DNA from: Calditrichales bacterium
GTDB lineage: Bacteria; Calditrichota; Calditrichia; Calditrichales; J004
Assembly (NCBI GenBank): GCA_965267575.1
Contig: OZ254086.1
Span: 480,001-544,000, forward strand
Direction of reading: 5' to 3'
DNA length: 64,000 nucleotides
The first letter of the stretch is position 1. Every line of letters begins with the position of its first letter. The translations under genes were made by a program, and so were the position numbers. Positions 10,019 to 19,879 of the stretch are shown here, one piece after another. Below the pieces are notes generated by a model, which ran no database searches, had not been told where the DNA came from, and worked only from the letters and a program-made list of their open reading frames with translations.

Positions 10019-10214
10019 AGTTCTCCTCTATTATAAACCTTATTTCTTTTAATTCTTTACTATTATAGCGATACTTTTTTGCAAGTCTTATTTCCGGTTC
10101 CAGCCAAAATTTTGCTTCGCCTGATGAGGAAACAACATGAATATGCATTCTTGGTTCCTCTCGTGAGAAAAAGAAGAAACGATAACCGCTCTTTATAAAC
10201 ACCGTCGGACTCAA
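9975..10214 (-). CDS. DUF4160 family protein (putative toxin partner)
   Basis: GYRFFFFSREEPRMHIHV...AKFWLEP...EAW; TTG start after AGGAG. Confidence 0.88.
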   Translation of the reverse strand: MSPTVFIKSGYRFFFFSREEPRMHIHVVSSSGEAKFWLEPEIRLAKKYRYNSKELKEIRFIIEENYDRLIEAWRQHFDH

Positions 10215-10370
10215 TAAAACTCCTAAAATCAGGGTGAAACCGGTTAGGTCTTTTATAGAATTAATCAGAGAATAGTTATTTTTTTTAGACTTTGCAAAGG
10301 GACAAAATAATTATCTGCTTAGAACGAAAGTACTTCAAGAGAAGATTAATTATTAAGATAAAGAACAATA

Positions 10371-13300
10371 TTAAAAGAAGGCCCGTACTTCGGCCTGGCC
10401 TGTATGGATCACATCACGGAAACCGGCTTCGTCACGGCCGGTGTATTGCAGTGTAAACAGGATATTTTTTGCCACCGTGTATTCCGCACGCAGGTTCCAC
10501 TTTTTGCTGACGCCTTCCTTTTTGCCCAGCGCCATCTCAAAGGGAACGGTTAAATCCAGCGGGTTGGAAAGCACACTCACCGACTGATATTCGTAGCGCA
10601 ACTGGACGCGCCCTTTGCCCGCCACCTGGTAATTCACTTCCGGCGACAGCACGCCAAACCACAGCTCCAGCGGGTAGCTTGCGGCGCGATTGTTTTCACG
10701 CCCGTATTCCAGGTCGATACCCAGCTCCCAGCGTTGGAAAGGTCGCCAGGAAAACTGCTGCTCCAGAAACCAGGCGTTGATATCGCGGTTGCGCAACGGG
10801 TTTGTCGGCGTATCGCGGATGGTCAGTTTTTGGCGGATCTCGCTTTGGCTGCGCAAAGTATTCGTGATACGCCAGTCGGTGCGGAAGCCGCGCTCAATGG
10901 TCAAACGGTCCTCATTTTCATCGGGATCAAGAAACTGGTTGAACAGGTCATCGCGGTAGCGGAAAAGCAGGCGGAAATTCAAATCACGGTTGCGGCGGTT
11001 GATGTACAAGTCCTGGTCGTAAACGATGCTGCCGCGCAGCGTCTGCCCCTTTTGAAATTTGGATAAATCAAGCAGGTAGATGGCCAGCAGGTCGTCTTCG
11101 CGGGTCTCCTCTTCCACACGAAAATAGCTGCTGCCGCTGATATAGCTGAGCAACTTTTGCCATTCTTCGCTGGGCCGGCGCCAGAATCGCGAGGGGTCGT
11201 AATTCAGGCGTAACGCCGATTCCATTTTTGTAACCGGCGTAAACTGTCCCGTGGGCAGGACAAACAAAACAAAGTCACCATCCGGGTCGGGTACATATTC
11301 CTGCAAATCGTCATCAAAGCGGAAGCTGCCACGGCCCTGACCCACCTCCAGGTACACCTTTTCACGCAATGCCGTCTGCTCCGTGGAAATGCGGTATTGC
11401 AGATTGATGCCCAGCGCGTTATTCCAGCGGTTATGAGTCACGCGCAATTCCGCCAGGTTGGTCTCGCGGTCCTGCCAGACCGTGTCCTGAACGGCAGCAT
11501 CGGCGTATTGCAATTTCAACGTATCGATGCGGATGTTCTCAAAGAAGGCGGTGAAATCTTTACTGCGCTGCACCAGCTCCAGGCTGGCCGAGGTATTGCT
11601 GATGTTGGTTAGCTCCAGTTTTAAGCGGGCCGTGCGCGATTCCGCCTGGGGCAGCAAAACACCTTTTTCCTCGATGTCATATACTTCGTCCCGTCGCAGG
11701 TTGTATTGCGTGTAGCCTTCCAGGTGCTGCCATTCGAACAGTGCCAGCCGCGCCCCGTAGTCGTTAAATCGAAAACCGCTTACACGCGTCGCTGTTTCGT
11801 TTCTGCGGCGTTCAAATTCATACAAAAACGCCGGTTTGAACCACCATATGGGCCGGGCAATTTCGCCGTTAAGCCTGCGCCAGGTGTTGCTGACGTCAGC
11901 CCGTTTCAGGTCACTGTTTACCTGTTCAAAACTCCATTGTGTCTCAAACCAGGAGCGCCGGTTAAATTGTAGGTTGCCCCCGGCACGCTGAGAATTCAAC
12001 TGCTCTTTTTTTAGCACGCCGCCGTTAAAGCCGAGGTTCAGATCATCAAAAGGACGGTAACGACCGGTCAGTTGAGCGCTCTGCTCTTCCCGCGATTGTC
12101 GTGCCTGTTCCAGCACGTTCCAGTAGCGCTGAAAATCGGGCTGCTGCACGCGGTCGGCGCTCTGAAAGTCGGCGTTGATTGACTTTAGCTGCAGGCGCGT
12201 ATCCAACTGACCCGCCGCGCCCAGGTCCAGGTTTTGCGCTTCCCCGCTGAAGGAAAAAGCCTGCCCGCGGTCGTCATCGCTATCCAGCGCGGAGAACGTA
12301 TTGCGGTCAAAATCGCTGATCGCCCATTCGCTTTTAAAACGCCATATTTTGTCAGGATTCCATTCCAGGCTGATGTCGGTCAGATGCTGGTCCTGCGGCA
12401 ATGGCACAAGGCGCAAATCGGTATAGGCGCCGCGGTTGGGTCCCACCCAGTTGTAACGCCCGATACGTGTGCGACTGTAATTCCCCTGCCCGCGTCCCAC
12501 AAAAGTGAAGCTCACATTGTAATCGCCTTCGCCGGCTCCTACAAAACGGAAATAACTAAACGTGCTGTCATTGAACAAAGTGTCGCCCTTTACATAGCTG
12601 CCCTTACCTGCGCCCACAAAAGTGCCGCCGGGCAGCGTTGCTTCCAGGAAATCATCACCGGCTCCGCGCAGTACATCGCGCTCTTCGTCGGTAAGCGCTT
12701 CCCCTTCGCCCAGCACCTGGTCTGTATTGTCCTGCTCTCGGTAGTAGCTCACGCGGTAGGAGAGATTACCCTCTTTCCATTCGCCGCCGGTCAGGCCGCT
12801 GAGAGCGTTGCGGTTAAATTTCTGTATCGCGGGGAAGTACTCAAAATCCACCTCAATGCGCGATTCGCTGGTGATCAGCCGATTGTTGCTGAAAACAATC
12901 TGCCCGTTGCCGTACTCGATGATGTAATCGTTGCTTTCGCCGCGCGTCATCTGCTGGCCGTTAACGTACACGCGCTCCGTCCCCGCCAGCACGATGATCT
13001 CGCGCTCGCCGTTTTTTCCGGTTAGCTGATAAGGCCCCTGGTTGCCCTCCTGCCCGATAAAGGTGACGCGATGGAAAAAACCGCGCGTGGTGGCATACGT
13101 AGCCCCCGCGTATTGATCAGAATAACGCCCCAACAGGCTAAGCCCCTGCAGCTTGCGCGACAAATTGGCGAATTCCGTGCCCTTGTATTCCAGGTTAAGA
13201 TCACCAACCGTGCCCTCCACGTTGGGGTGGCGAAACTGGATAAACACGCGATCCACCTCTTCCAGTGTTTGCGTGTTGCCCTCCGGCTGGATCGGCGTAG

Positions 13301-13868
13301 CCTCGTCCGTCAGCGCGGCGATAATCTCCACGTCGCGCGTAAGCTGCCCGCTCAGTTCCAGGTTCAACCCGGAATTGAGGGTCAGGTCGCGGTTTGTACC
13401 CACATTTACACCCCTGAAAATACTGCCGCTCTTTTGCAACCCGCCACCGATATCGGCAAAAGGATTTTCGATCCCTTTTGTGCGCAGGGCAACGCGCCCG
13501 CTGTCCTTAAACGAGCTGTCGGCAGAAAGCGTATCACGCTGGTAAAGGCTGTAACTGGGCTTGAAATTAAAGGGTAGGCGGCGGTAAGTAAGACGCAGGG
13601 TGTCACCGCTCTGCAAAGGCGGGAAAAAGCGTATCAGATTCTCTTCAAGCCGGTAGTCGCTGTTTTCCTTTAAAGGAGTTTGGTTTTGGTATACGCGCAG
13701 GCTTTGGCGTTGAAAAATATGGTTGGCCGGTATCTCAAACTGGCGCAGAGGTTTTGTTACAGCCATGAGGCTGTCCACCTGCCATTGCTGGGCATGAACA
13801 CGCCCGGTTGGCAACAAATAAAAAAAACAGGCCGTCAAAAAAAAAAGAAGTCGCAAAAGTCTGTTCAC
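10371..13868 (-). CDS. Large secreted/outer-membrane protein of unknown function (1165 aa)
   Basis: Signal peptide ending VHA-Q; extensive alternating beta-strand pattern; C-terminal aromatic (EVRAFF). Confidence 0.8.
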   Translation of the reverse strand: MNRLLRLLFFLTACFFYLLPTGRVHAQQWQVDSLMAVTKPLRQFEIPANHIFQRQSLRVYQNQTPLKENSDYRLEENLIRFFPPLQSGDTLRLTYRRLPFNFKPSYSLYQRDTLSADSSFKDSGRVALRTKGIENPFADIGGGLQKSGSIFRGVNVGTNRDLTLNSGLNLELSGQLTRDVEIIAALTDEATPIQPEGNTQTLEEVDRVFIQFRHPNVEGTVGDLNLEYKGTEFANLSRKLQGLSLLGRYSDQYAGATYATTRGFFHRVTFIGQEGNQGPYQLTGKNGEREIIVLAGTERVYVNGQQMTRGESNDYIIEYGNGQIVFSNNRLITSESRIEVDFEYFPAIQKFNRNALSGLTGGEWKEGNLSYRVSYYREQDNTDQVLGEGEALTDEERDVLRGAGDDFLEATLPGGTFVGAGKGSYVKGDTLFNDSTFSYFRFVGAGEGDYNVSFTFVGRGQGNYSRTRIGRYNWVGPNRGAYTDLRLVPLPQDQHLTDISLEWNPDKIWRFKSEWAISDFDRNTFSALDSDDDRGQAFSFSGEAQNLDLGAAGQLDTRLQLKSINADFQSADRVQQPDFQRYWNVLEQARQSREEQSAQLTGRYRPFDDLNLGFNGGVLKKEQLNSQRAGGNLQFNRRSWFETQWSFEQVNSDLKRADVSNTWRRLNGEIARPIWWFKPAFLYEFERRRNETATRVSGFRFNDYGARLALFEWQHLEGYTQYNLRRDEVYDIEEKGVLLPQAESRTARLKLELTNISNTSASLELVQRSKDFTAFFENIRIDTLKLQYADAAVQDTVWQDRETNLAELRVTHNRWNNALGINLQYRISTEQTALREKVYLEVGQGRGSFRFDDDLQEYVPDPDGDFVLFVLPTGQFTPVTKMESALRLNYDPSRFWRRPSEEWQKLLSYISGSSYFRVEEETREDDLLAIYLLDLSKFQKGQTLRGSIVYDQDLYINRRNRDLNFRLLFRYRDDLFNQFLDPDENEDRLTIERGFRTDWRITNTLRSQSEIRQKLTIRDTPTNPLRNRDINAWFLEQQFSWRPFQRWELGIDLEYGRENNRAASYPLELWFGVLSPEVNYQVAGKGRVQLRYEYQSVSVLSNPLDLTVPFEMALGKKEGVSKKWNLRAEYTVAKNILFTLQYTGRDEAGFRDVIHTGQAEVRAFF

Positions 13869-14758
13869 GGAAGTTGAAGTCGTCCGCTTTTAACGAGGTT
13901 CCCGTCCAGTACAAAAATCCGGATATCATTGCCGCTTTGCATCAGGGCCACATCTTGCGGCGCAGAAAGGGAATCCGCGAAATGCAATGCTTTAATCTCT
14001 TTACCGTCTTTGGAAACCCTGAAAACACGGCCCGCGGCGGGATCAGCCACAAACAGGCCCTGATTCGGCCCCACAGCCAGCCCGCGAGGACGTTGGAATT
14101 CCGGAGCACTAATCTTGCGCAGAAAACTGCCAAAAAGATCAAACACGACAACAGCCTTTTGCGGCGGATCGGAAACAGCCAACCGGTCAGCACCCCACAT
14201 ATCAAGCTGTTCGGGCGTATCCAGCTCGCCGGCGCCGGAGTCAAAACGGCCAAAGGCCTGCTCCGCTTCCAGGTTGCGGTTAAATTTCACAATTTTATAC
14301 TCTTCGTGGTCCAAAACGAAAAGGTCGTTCTGCGAAGTCACAACAGCGCTGGCCACTTCGCCAAATGTATATTGCTGCTCAATGGCCGGGTTACTGCCAA
14401 AGCTGGAAATCAGGTTCATCTGGCGATCGTAACGCTGCAGGCGGCGGTTATAATAATCGGAAACGTAAATATTATTCACGGAGCGCACCCAGATATCGCG
14501 CGGCGAATCAAACTGATCGGGCTGAAAACCAAAACCGCCAATACTTTTAATGTAGCTGCCATCCGCTTCAAAAAGCTGTATACGGTGATTACCCGTGTCC
14601 ACGACATAAATTGTCCCCGAAGGTGAGACATCAATTGCCAGCGGTTCATTGAACTGTCCCGCCTTGTTGCCAAAACCGCCCCAACTGCGCATATCGGTCA
14701 CGATCTGCGCAGCCGCTAAGCCAATGAAAATTATGAGGATAGATACAGTTTTGATCAT
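13865..14758 (-). CDS. NHL-repeat (6-bladed propeller) secreted protein
   Basis: Repeated GQFNEP..I.V...IYVVDTGNHRIQ units; 4-nt overlap with downstream gene. Confidence 0.9.
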   Translation of the reverse strand: MIKTVSILIIFIGLAAAQIVTDMRSWGGFGNKAGQFNEPLAIDVSPSGTIYVVDTGNHRIQLFEADGSYIKSIGGFGFQPDQFDSPRDIWVRSVNNIYVSDYYNRRLQRYDRQMNLISSFGSNPAIEQQYTFGEVASAVVTSQNDLFVLDHEEYKIVKFNRNLEAEQAFGRFDSGAGELDTPEQLDMWGADRLAVSDPPQKAVVVFDLFGSFLRKISAPEFQRPRGLAVGPNQGLFVADPAAGRVFRVSKDGKEIKALHFADSLSAPQDVALMQSGNDIRIFVLDGNLVKSGRLQLP

Positions 14759-14988
14759 GAAGCAATCTAAAAGGAGGGCATTTACAATTCAAGGCAATAA
14801 TAAAGCCTGTTAAGCCCAATTGACGATAATGATTATGAAAAAGAAAAAGACAAGATAGCAATCGTGTAATGAGCACTTACAAACAGATCACGACGACCTC
14901 ATAGACTCCCGGACTTCAGGACACCAGGACCGCCTGACAATTCTGGTCAATTCGGCAGCTCAAAGGCATTCAGCATTTTTCAGGATAT

Positions 14989-15020
14989 AAAAAAAGGCCG
15001 CCTGAAAACAGACGGCCTTT
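14989..15020 (-). terminator. Intrinsic terminator of rplU-rpmA
   Basis: AAAGGCCGTCTG-TTTT-CAGGCGGCCTTTTTTT on the minus strand. Confidence 0.85.
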
Positions 15021-15037
15021 AAACTTTTCGGCTAGCG

Positions 15038-15295
15038 TTAGTTCTTGGAATAAACGCTAACTTTCTTTTTATCACGTCCGGCACGTTCAAAAGCAACGAC
15101 ACCATCGATCTTTGCGAACAATGTATCATCACCACCACGACCAACGTTTTTGCCGGGGTGGAATTTTGTACCACGCTGACGAACAATTATGGAACCGGCG
15201 GTAACAAACGTTCCACCAAAGTTCTTTACACCGAGACGCTTGGCATTACTGTCGCGACCGTTCCGCGAACTACCAACACCTTTCTTATGTGCCAT
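15038..15295 (-). CDS. rpmA: 50S ribosomal protein L27
   Basis: [16 protein letters not shown]...[12 protein letters not shown]. Confidence 0.99.
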   Translation of the reverse strand: MAHKKGVGSSRNGRDSNAKRLGVKNFGGTFVTAGSIIVRQRGTKFHPGKNVGRGGDDTLFAKIDGVVAFERAGRDKKKVSVYSKN

Positions 15296-15835
15296 TTAGG
15301 ACTCCTTTTTCTCTTTGGTGGTTTTGGAATCATCTGCTTTTTTGGGCGCCGCTTTAGGCTTGGCCGCTGTTTTTTTAGCGGGAGCTTTCTTGGCCGGAGC
15401 CTTCTTAGCTGTTTTTGCTGCCGGCTTTTTCTCGGCTGCTTTTTCAGCTTTTTCCTCTTTTGCGGCTTTCGGGGCAGGCTTCTCGGCTTTTTCTTCCGCT
15501 TTAGTCGCTTTGGCAGCCGTACCCGCGCCTATCTTATCAATCTGGACAAGTGAAAAATCCTGGCGGTGGCCGTTCTTTTTCTGGTATCCTTTACGACGCT
15601 TTTTCTTGAAAACGATGATCTTCTTTTCCCGCCCGTGTTCCAGGACAGTGGCCGAAACTTTTACCTTATCAAGTAAGGGCGAACCAAATTGCACCTTGTC
15701 TTTATCGTCATGCAGCAGCAGAACGCGGTCGAATTCCACTTTCTTGCCGCTTTCGGTTTGCAGCAAGGGTACGCGAATCCGGTCCTTTTCCGCAACACGG
15801 TATTGTTTTCCAGCTATTTCAACAATGGCATACAT
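15296..15835 (-). CDS. rplU: 50S ribosomal protein L21 with Lys/Ala/Pro-rich C-terminal extension
   Basis: [14 protein letters not shown]...FKKKRRKGY...GHRQ; start at 15835 after AGGAG. Confidence 0.98.
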   Translation of the reverse strand: MYAIVEIAGKQYRVAEKDRIRVPLLQTESGKKVEFDRVLLLHDDKDKVQFGSPLLDKVKVSATVLEHGREKKIIVFKKKRRKGYQKKNGHRQDFSLVQIDKIGAGTAAKATKAEEKAEKPAPKAAKEEKAEKAAEKKPAAKTAKKAPAKKAPAKKTAAKPKAAPKKADDSKTTKEKKES

Positions 15836-15920
15836 TAGGATCTGCTCCTGTTTGAGAATCAAAACGAGCCTTTAATATAAATTCCCGACAACGATTTATC
15901 AAGAGGAAAAATCGCCTTTT

Positions 15921-17507
15921 TTATGCGGCTTTATTTTCATCCGGCAAGCTTAATTCTTTTTTGTTTCTATGGTCGTATACTTTGAATTCCCCGATTTCCA
16001 GGTCGTCATTTTTATGCAACGTAATTTTCATCCAGTACTTCCACATCAACCTAAGGCGTTTGTTGTAGCGCCCTTTCAGCAGATGGTTATACATTTCCGG
16101 CGTAACGTGTATGGTAATGCGGCGATCGCCATTTAGCGCGCGGTAGCGTTGAATCCAGCGTTCCAGGCGCGATACGGCATTGGCCACCGTGGGAACAAGC
16201 CCTTTGCCCTCGCAATGCGGACATGGTTCGTACATGGAATGTATCACCCCGGAGCGTGATCGCTGACGGGTCATCTCCACCAGGCCAAAGCGGCTCATAT
16301 CCTCTATTTTAGTGATCGCGCGGTCTTTGGCAAACTCCTTCTTAAGCTCCAGAACAATCTTACGCTTGTTCTCTTCCTCAAGCACATCGATGAAGTCAAT
16401 TACCATCAGGCCGCCTATATCACGCAGACGTACCTGGCGGGCAATCTCCCGCGAGGCCTCCAGGTTGATCTTCAGCGAGTTGCTTTCATGGTCTTTGCGC
16501 CCGATAAATTTGCCGCTGTTAATGTCAATCGATATCAACGCCTCCGTCGGCTGGATGACAATGTAGCCGCCATTATTAAGCCATACTTTTGACTCGGTCA
16601 GTTTGGCGATCTCTTTTTCCACATCAAAATGGTCAAAGATAGGCATCTTGCCCTTGTAGTAATTGATCTTGTGAACCAGTTGTGGCGATACGTCTTTCAC
16701 ATAATCGCCAATCTCTTTCATCATGCGCCGTGAATCGACATGTATCTGGTTCACATCCGGGGTAAACAGATCGCGGATAACACTGGAAGCCATTGTCATG
16801 TCCTTGTAGATAAGACAGGGCCCCTGTTGCTCCTGGATATTCTCCTCCATTTTGCTCCATGTCTGAAGCAATTCCTGAAGGTCCTTTTTCAGGTCCTTCT
16901 CACTCTTGCCTTCGGCAACTGTACGGATAATAACCCCGAAATTGGGCGGCAAAAGCTGCCGTGCCAGATCTTTCAATCGGCGGCGTTCTTTGTGCTGGCT
17001 TATCTTGCGGGAAATCCCGATATGCTTTTGGTTGGGGATTAAAACGACAAATCGTCCGGCCACTGTAATGTCACTGGTTACGCGGCACCCTTTGGAGCTG
17101 ATTGGCTCCTTAACAATCTGCACCAGGATGTCCTGGCCTTTTTTCAACTCGCGCTCAACATCAAATCCGCGACGGTGAAATTTTTTCTTTTTACCGTTGC
17201 GGCGATCTCCGCGCTTATTGTTTTGGCCATTGTCATCATCATCTTCATCATCTTCCTCGTCCGCAAAAAAATCCTGAAAACCGGCGCTAACGTCCGAGAA
17301 ATGCAGAAACGCGTTCTGCTCATGACCAATGTCGATAAAGGCGGCTTTCATCCCGGGTAAAACCCGGCTTACTTTTCCTTTATAGATGTCGCCCACCATG
17401 CGCTCGTGTTCCGGGGCTTCTACAAATAACTCAACAACCCGTCCGTCTTCACGGATTACAACACGCGTCTCTTCATTGGTCGCGTTAATAATAATATCCT
17501 TTTCCAT
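15921..17507 (-). CDS. rng: Ribonuclease E/G family (RNase G length)
   Basis: S1 domain GDIYKGKV, IDINSGK, LRDIGGLMVIDFID, CPHCEG Zn-link. Confidence 0.93.
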   Translation of the reverse strand: MEKDIIINATNEETRVVIREDGRVVELFVEAPEHERMVGDIYKGKVSRVLPGMKAAFIDIGHEQNAFLHFSDVSAGFQDFFADEEDDEDDDDNGQNNKRGDRRNGKKKKFHRRGFDVERELKKGQDILVQIVKEPISSKGCRVTSDITVAGRFVVLIPNQKHIGISRKISQHKERRRLKDLARQLLPPNFGVIIRTVAEGKSEKDLKKDLQELLQTWSKMEENIQEQQGPCLIYKDMTMASSVIRDLFTPDVNQIHVDSRRMMKEIGDYVKDVSPQLVHKINYYKGKMPIFDHFDVEKEIAKLTESKVWLNNGGYIVIQPTEALISIDINSGKFIGRKDHESNSLKINLEASREIARQVRLRDIGGLMVIDFIDVLEEENKRKIVLELKKEFAKDRAITKIEDMSRFGLVEMTRQRSRSGVIHSMYEPCPHCEGKGLVPTVANAVSRLERWIQRYRALNGDRRITIHVTPEMYNHLLKGRYNKRLRLMWKYWMKITLHKNDDLEIGEFKVYDHRNKKELSLPDENKAA

Positions 17508-18008
17508 GGGCTCTTTCCTAAATCATCATACTGTTAAAAACTGTCCGCAAAAGGAAACAGCAATCCGTAATAAGCTGTGAGCCATATTTTTAGAATAAGG
17601 AAAGTGGTAAGATTTTCAGGTGGGTCGTGAAAGGTTTATTGTTTTTCTTGTGCTTCAAAGATAAAAGAGAAACTTTCTATTACGCCAATTTGATTATCGG
17701 GGGCGCGATGCTCTGCCAGGCAGGACCGACGCTGCAATAATAAACCGGCTTTTTGCTTTTCAATCAACTGCGGGGTTGACACCTCTGACACGATCCGATC
17801 CACATTCACTTATTTTATGGCCCGCATTTTTCAACACTTATACCGGATTCAATTAATAATATGCTGCTTTAAACAGAACTCCTTTCTTTTTAAATTAAAA
17901 ACCGTGCGGGAATTTTTAGAAAACTTCCGCTTTTATTGAATTGGTAAATGTAGTAAAAAGAATACTCAAAAGGCAACCAAATTATAATTGGTCAACAATC
18001 GAGGTTTT

Positions 18009-18332
18009 ATGACGAAACAGGAATTACTTAATTCCGGCTTTAAGCACTTTGCTAAAAGGGAATATGAAAAAGCACGGGATTTCTTTGAGCAGGCCTTAAA
18101 AATGGATGATGGCTTTGAAGCGGCTTACAGCGCACTGGCCGAAAGCTATAACCGTGAAGGAAAAGTAGATGAAGCTATCGTGGTTGTAAAAAAGTGGATT
18201 GAGATTAGCCCAAAGGACGCACTTGCCCACACTGCCCTTTCACGCCTTTATGTGCAAAAAGGGATGATTCAGGAAGCCGAAGATGAAATGGCCATCTCCA
18301 ACAGGCTGTCCCAGGAGAACTCCGGTTTATGA
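18009..18332 (+). CDS. TPR-repeat protein
   Basis: Three TPR-like repeats; start at 18009 after GAGG. Confidence 0.85.
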   Translation: MTKQELLNSGFKHFAKREYEKARDFFEQALKMDDGFEAAYSALAESYNREGKVDEAIVVVKKWIEISPKDALAHTALSRLYVQKGMIQEAEDEMAISNRLSQENSGL

Positions 18333-18910
18333 CGCGCAGCGATCACTGGCATGAACGTTGTGCTGTTTTTAAAGCCGACAGCGTTAACCCGGCACGCTCT
18401 GTCTTCCTGGGTGATTCCATCACTGAAGAGTTTCCCTTACATACCTTTTTCCCAAATCAAAAACCGGCCAACCGCGGCATCTCCGGCGACCATATCGACG
18501 GGCTGATTGAACGGCTGGATTTGTCACTGGGGCAGATTGATCCGCAACGCGTCTTTATAATGATCGGCATAAACGACGTTGGTGAACGCCGCGGGGATAC
18601 GATCATTACAGAGCGTTATTGCCGGCTTTTTGATTTGGTCCGCGCCAAGCTCCCGGCGGCTGACGTATTGGTCCAGGGCCTGCTTCCCGTTGATACACGC
18701 TACTTCCCGCACGATCCCGCCCAGATTTTGCGGCTCAATCTTTTTCTGGAGGACGAATGCAGAAACCGCGACTTTTCATTTATGAACATGTACCCTGTTT
18801 TTAAAGATAATGCCGGGCACCTGAATAACGATTATACGGAAGACGGGCTGCATCTGAATAATCGCGGATATGCCGTTTGGGCGCAGCAAATTGAGCACAT
18901 TGTAGTATGA
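18329..18910 (+). CDS. SGNH/GDSL hydrolase
   Basis: FLGDSIT, NRGISGD, GIND, DGLHLN blocks. Confidence 0.92.
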   Translation: MTRSDHWHERCAVFKADSVNPARSVFLGDSITEEFPLHTFFPNQKPANRGISGDHIDGLIERLDLSLGQIDPQRVFIMIGINDVGERRGDTIITERYCRLFDLVRAKLPAADVLVQGLLPVDTRYFPHDPAQILRLNLFLEDECRNRDFSFMNMYPVFKDNAGHLNNDYTEDGLHLNNRGYAVWAQQIEHIVV

Positions 18911-19815
18911 GCGATAAAACAATCAAACCTTTTAAAATAGTTTTTACGGATTCCGGGCTGGGTGGCATTTCCGTTATGGCCGACTTCTATAACAAGCTGC
19001 ACTATGACAGCATTTATACGGGACGCCACCATTTTGATCTCGTTTTTTTCAACGCGCTGCCGGAAAACGGCAAGGGCTATAATACCATGCCTTCACAGGA
19101 GCAAAAGGTCAGCGTTTTTAACAACGCGCTTAAAGTACTTCAACGAAGGCACAGTGCGGATCTTATCGCCCTTGCCTGCAATACGCTTTCAGCCATTTAC
19201 CCGCATACCGACTTTGCCGGCAGTAACCGCGTTTCTCTATTGGAGATCGTGTCCGTCGGGCGCGGCCAGATAGCGCTGCAACACGAAAAATACCCGGCCG
19301 ATCCCATATGCATTATGGCTACGCCGACAACGATAGCTTCGGCTGCTTACCACACGGCGGATACAAATACGCTTCTGATCTCCGGTGAAAGGCTGGCATC
19401 GGAGATCGAACTGGATGACAAAAGCCCGGCCATTGCCGATATCCTGGCCCGCGTGTTTGATAAAATCGCCCAAAACCTGAACGGCAAAAGGGACATTACG
19501 CTGTTTTTGGGTTGCACGCATTACGGCTACATCCAGGAAGAAATGCTGCGTTTATCTTCGAAATACGATTTTAACATAACCCGCATAATTAACCCCAACC
19601 TCACCTTTACGCAGCAGCTTTTGCAAATGGCCCGGCTTCCAGAAGCGGAGCAGCAAGAATGGAGTGACCGGCCGCCGAAAATAGACATCCGGGTTGAGTC
19701 GCAAGCCGAGATCGATCCGCGCGAGCTTAGCAATATTTCACGGCTGATCGAGAAGAACGCGCCGCGGGTTGCCGAAGCACTGCAAAACTACACACGCCTG
19801 CCCAGAGAATTTTAG
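18907..19815 (+). CDS. Asp/Glu racemase family protein (divergent MurI-like)
   Basis: DSGLGG, ACNT and LGCTHY with both catalytic Cys. Confidence 0.85.
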   Translation: MSDKTIKPFKIVFTDSGLGGISVMADFYNKLHYDSIYTGRHHFDLVFFNALPENGKGYNTMPSQEQKVSVFNNALKVLQRRHSADLIALACNTLSAIYPHTDFAGSNRVSLLEIVSVGRGQIALQHEKYPADPICIMATPTTIASAAYHTADTNTLLISGERLASEIELDDKSPAIADILARVFDKIAQNLNGKRDITLFLGCTHYGYIQEEMLRLSSKYDFNITRIINPNLTFTQQLLQMARLPEAEQQEWSDRPPKIDIRVESQAEIDPRELSNISRLIEKNAPRVAEALQNYTRLPREF

Positions 19816-19818
19816 CCA

Positions 19819-19850
19819 TTTGGATAAAACTTTCGGCCTTTTTAAGTTTG
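19819..19850 (+). promoter_or_regulatory. Bacteroidota-type promoter TTTG-N20-TAAGTTTG
   Basis: Consensus match about 30 nt upstream of the SH3 lipoprotein start. Confidence 0.55.
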
Positions 19851-19879
19851 CGGCTTTGCACATTTTCACGGAGAAAATA

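Noticed and set aside
14995-15020. Neisseria-type DNA uptake sequence
   Set aside because: Reads GCCGTCTGTT, not GCCGTCTGAA; a single instance explained as a terminator stem
19769-19879. ORF-track N-terminal extensions (also 15836-15862, 41567-41638, 47836-47880, 57093-57215, 57745-57798)
   Set aside because: Downstream ATGs fit family N-termini or signal peptides and, in most cases, SD sites; several extensions overlap promoters
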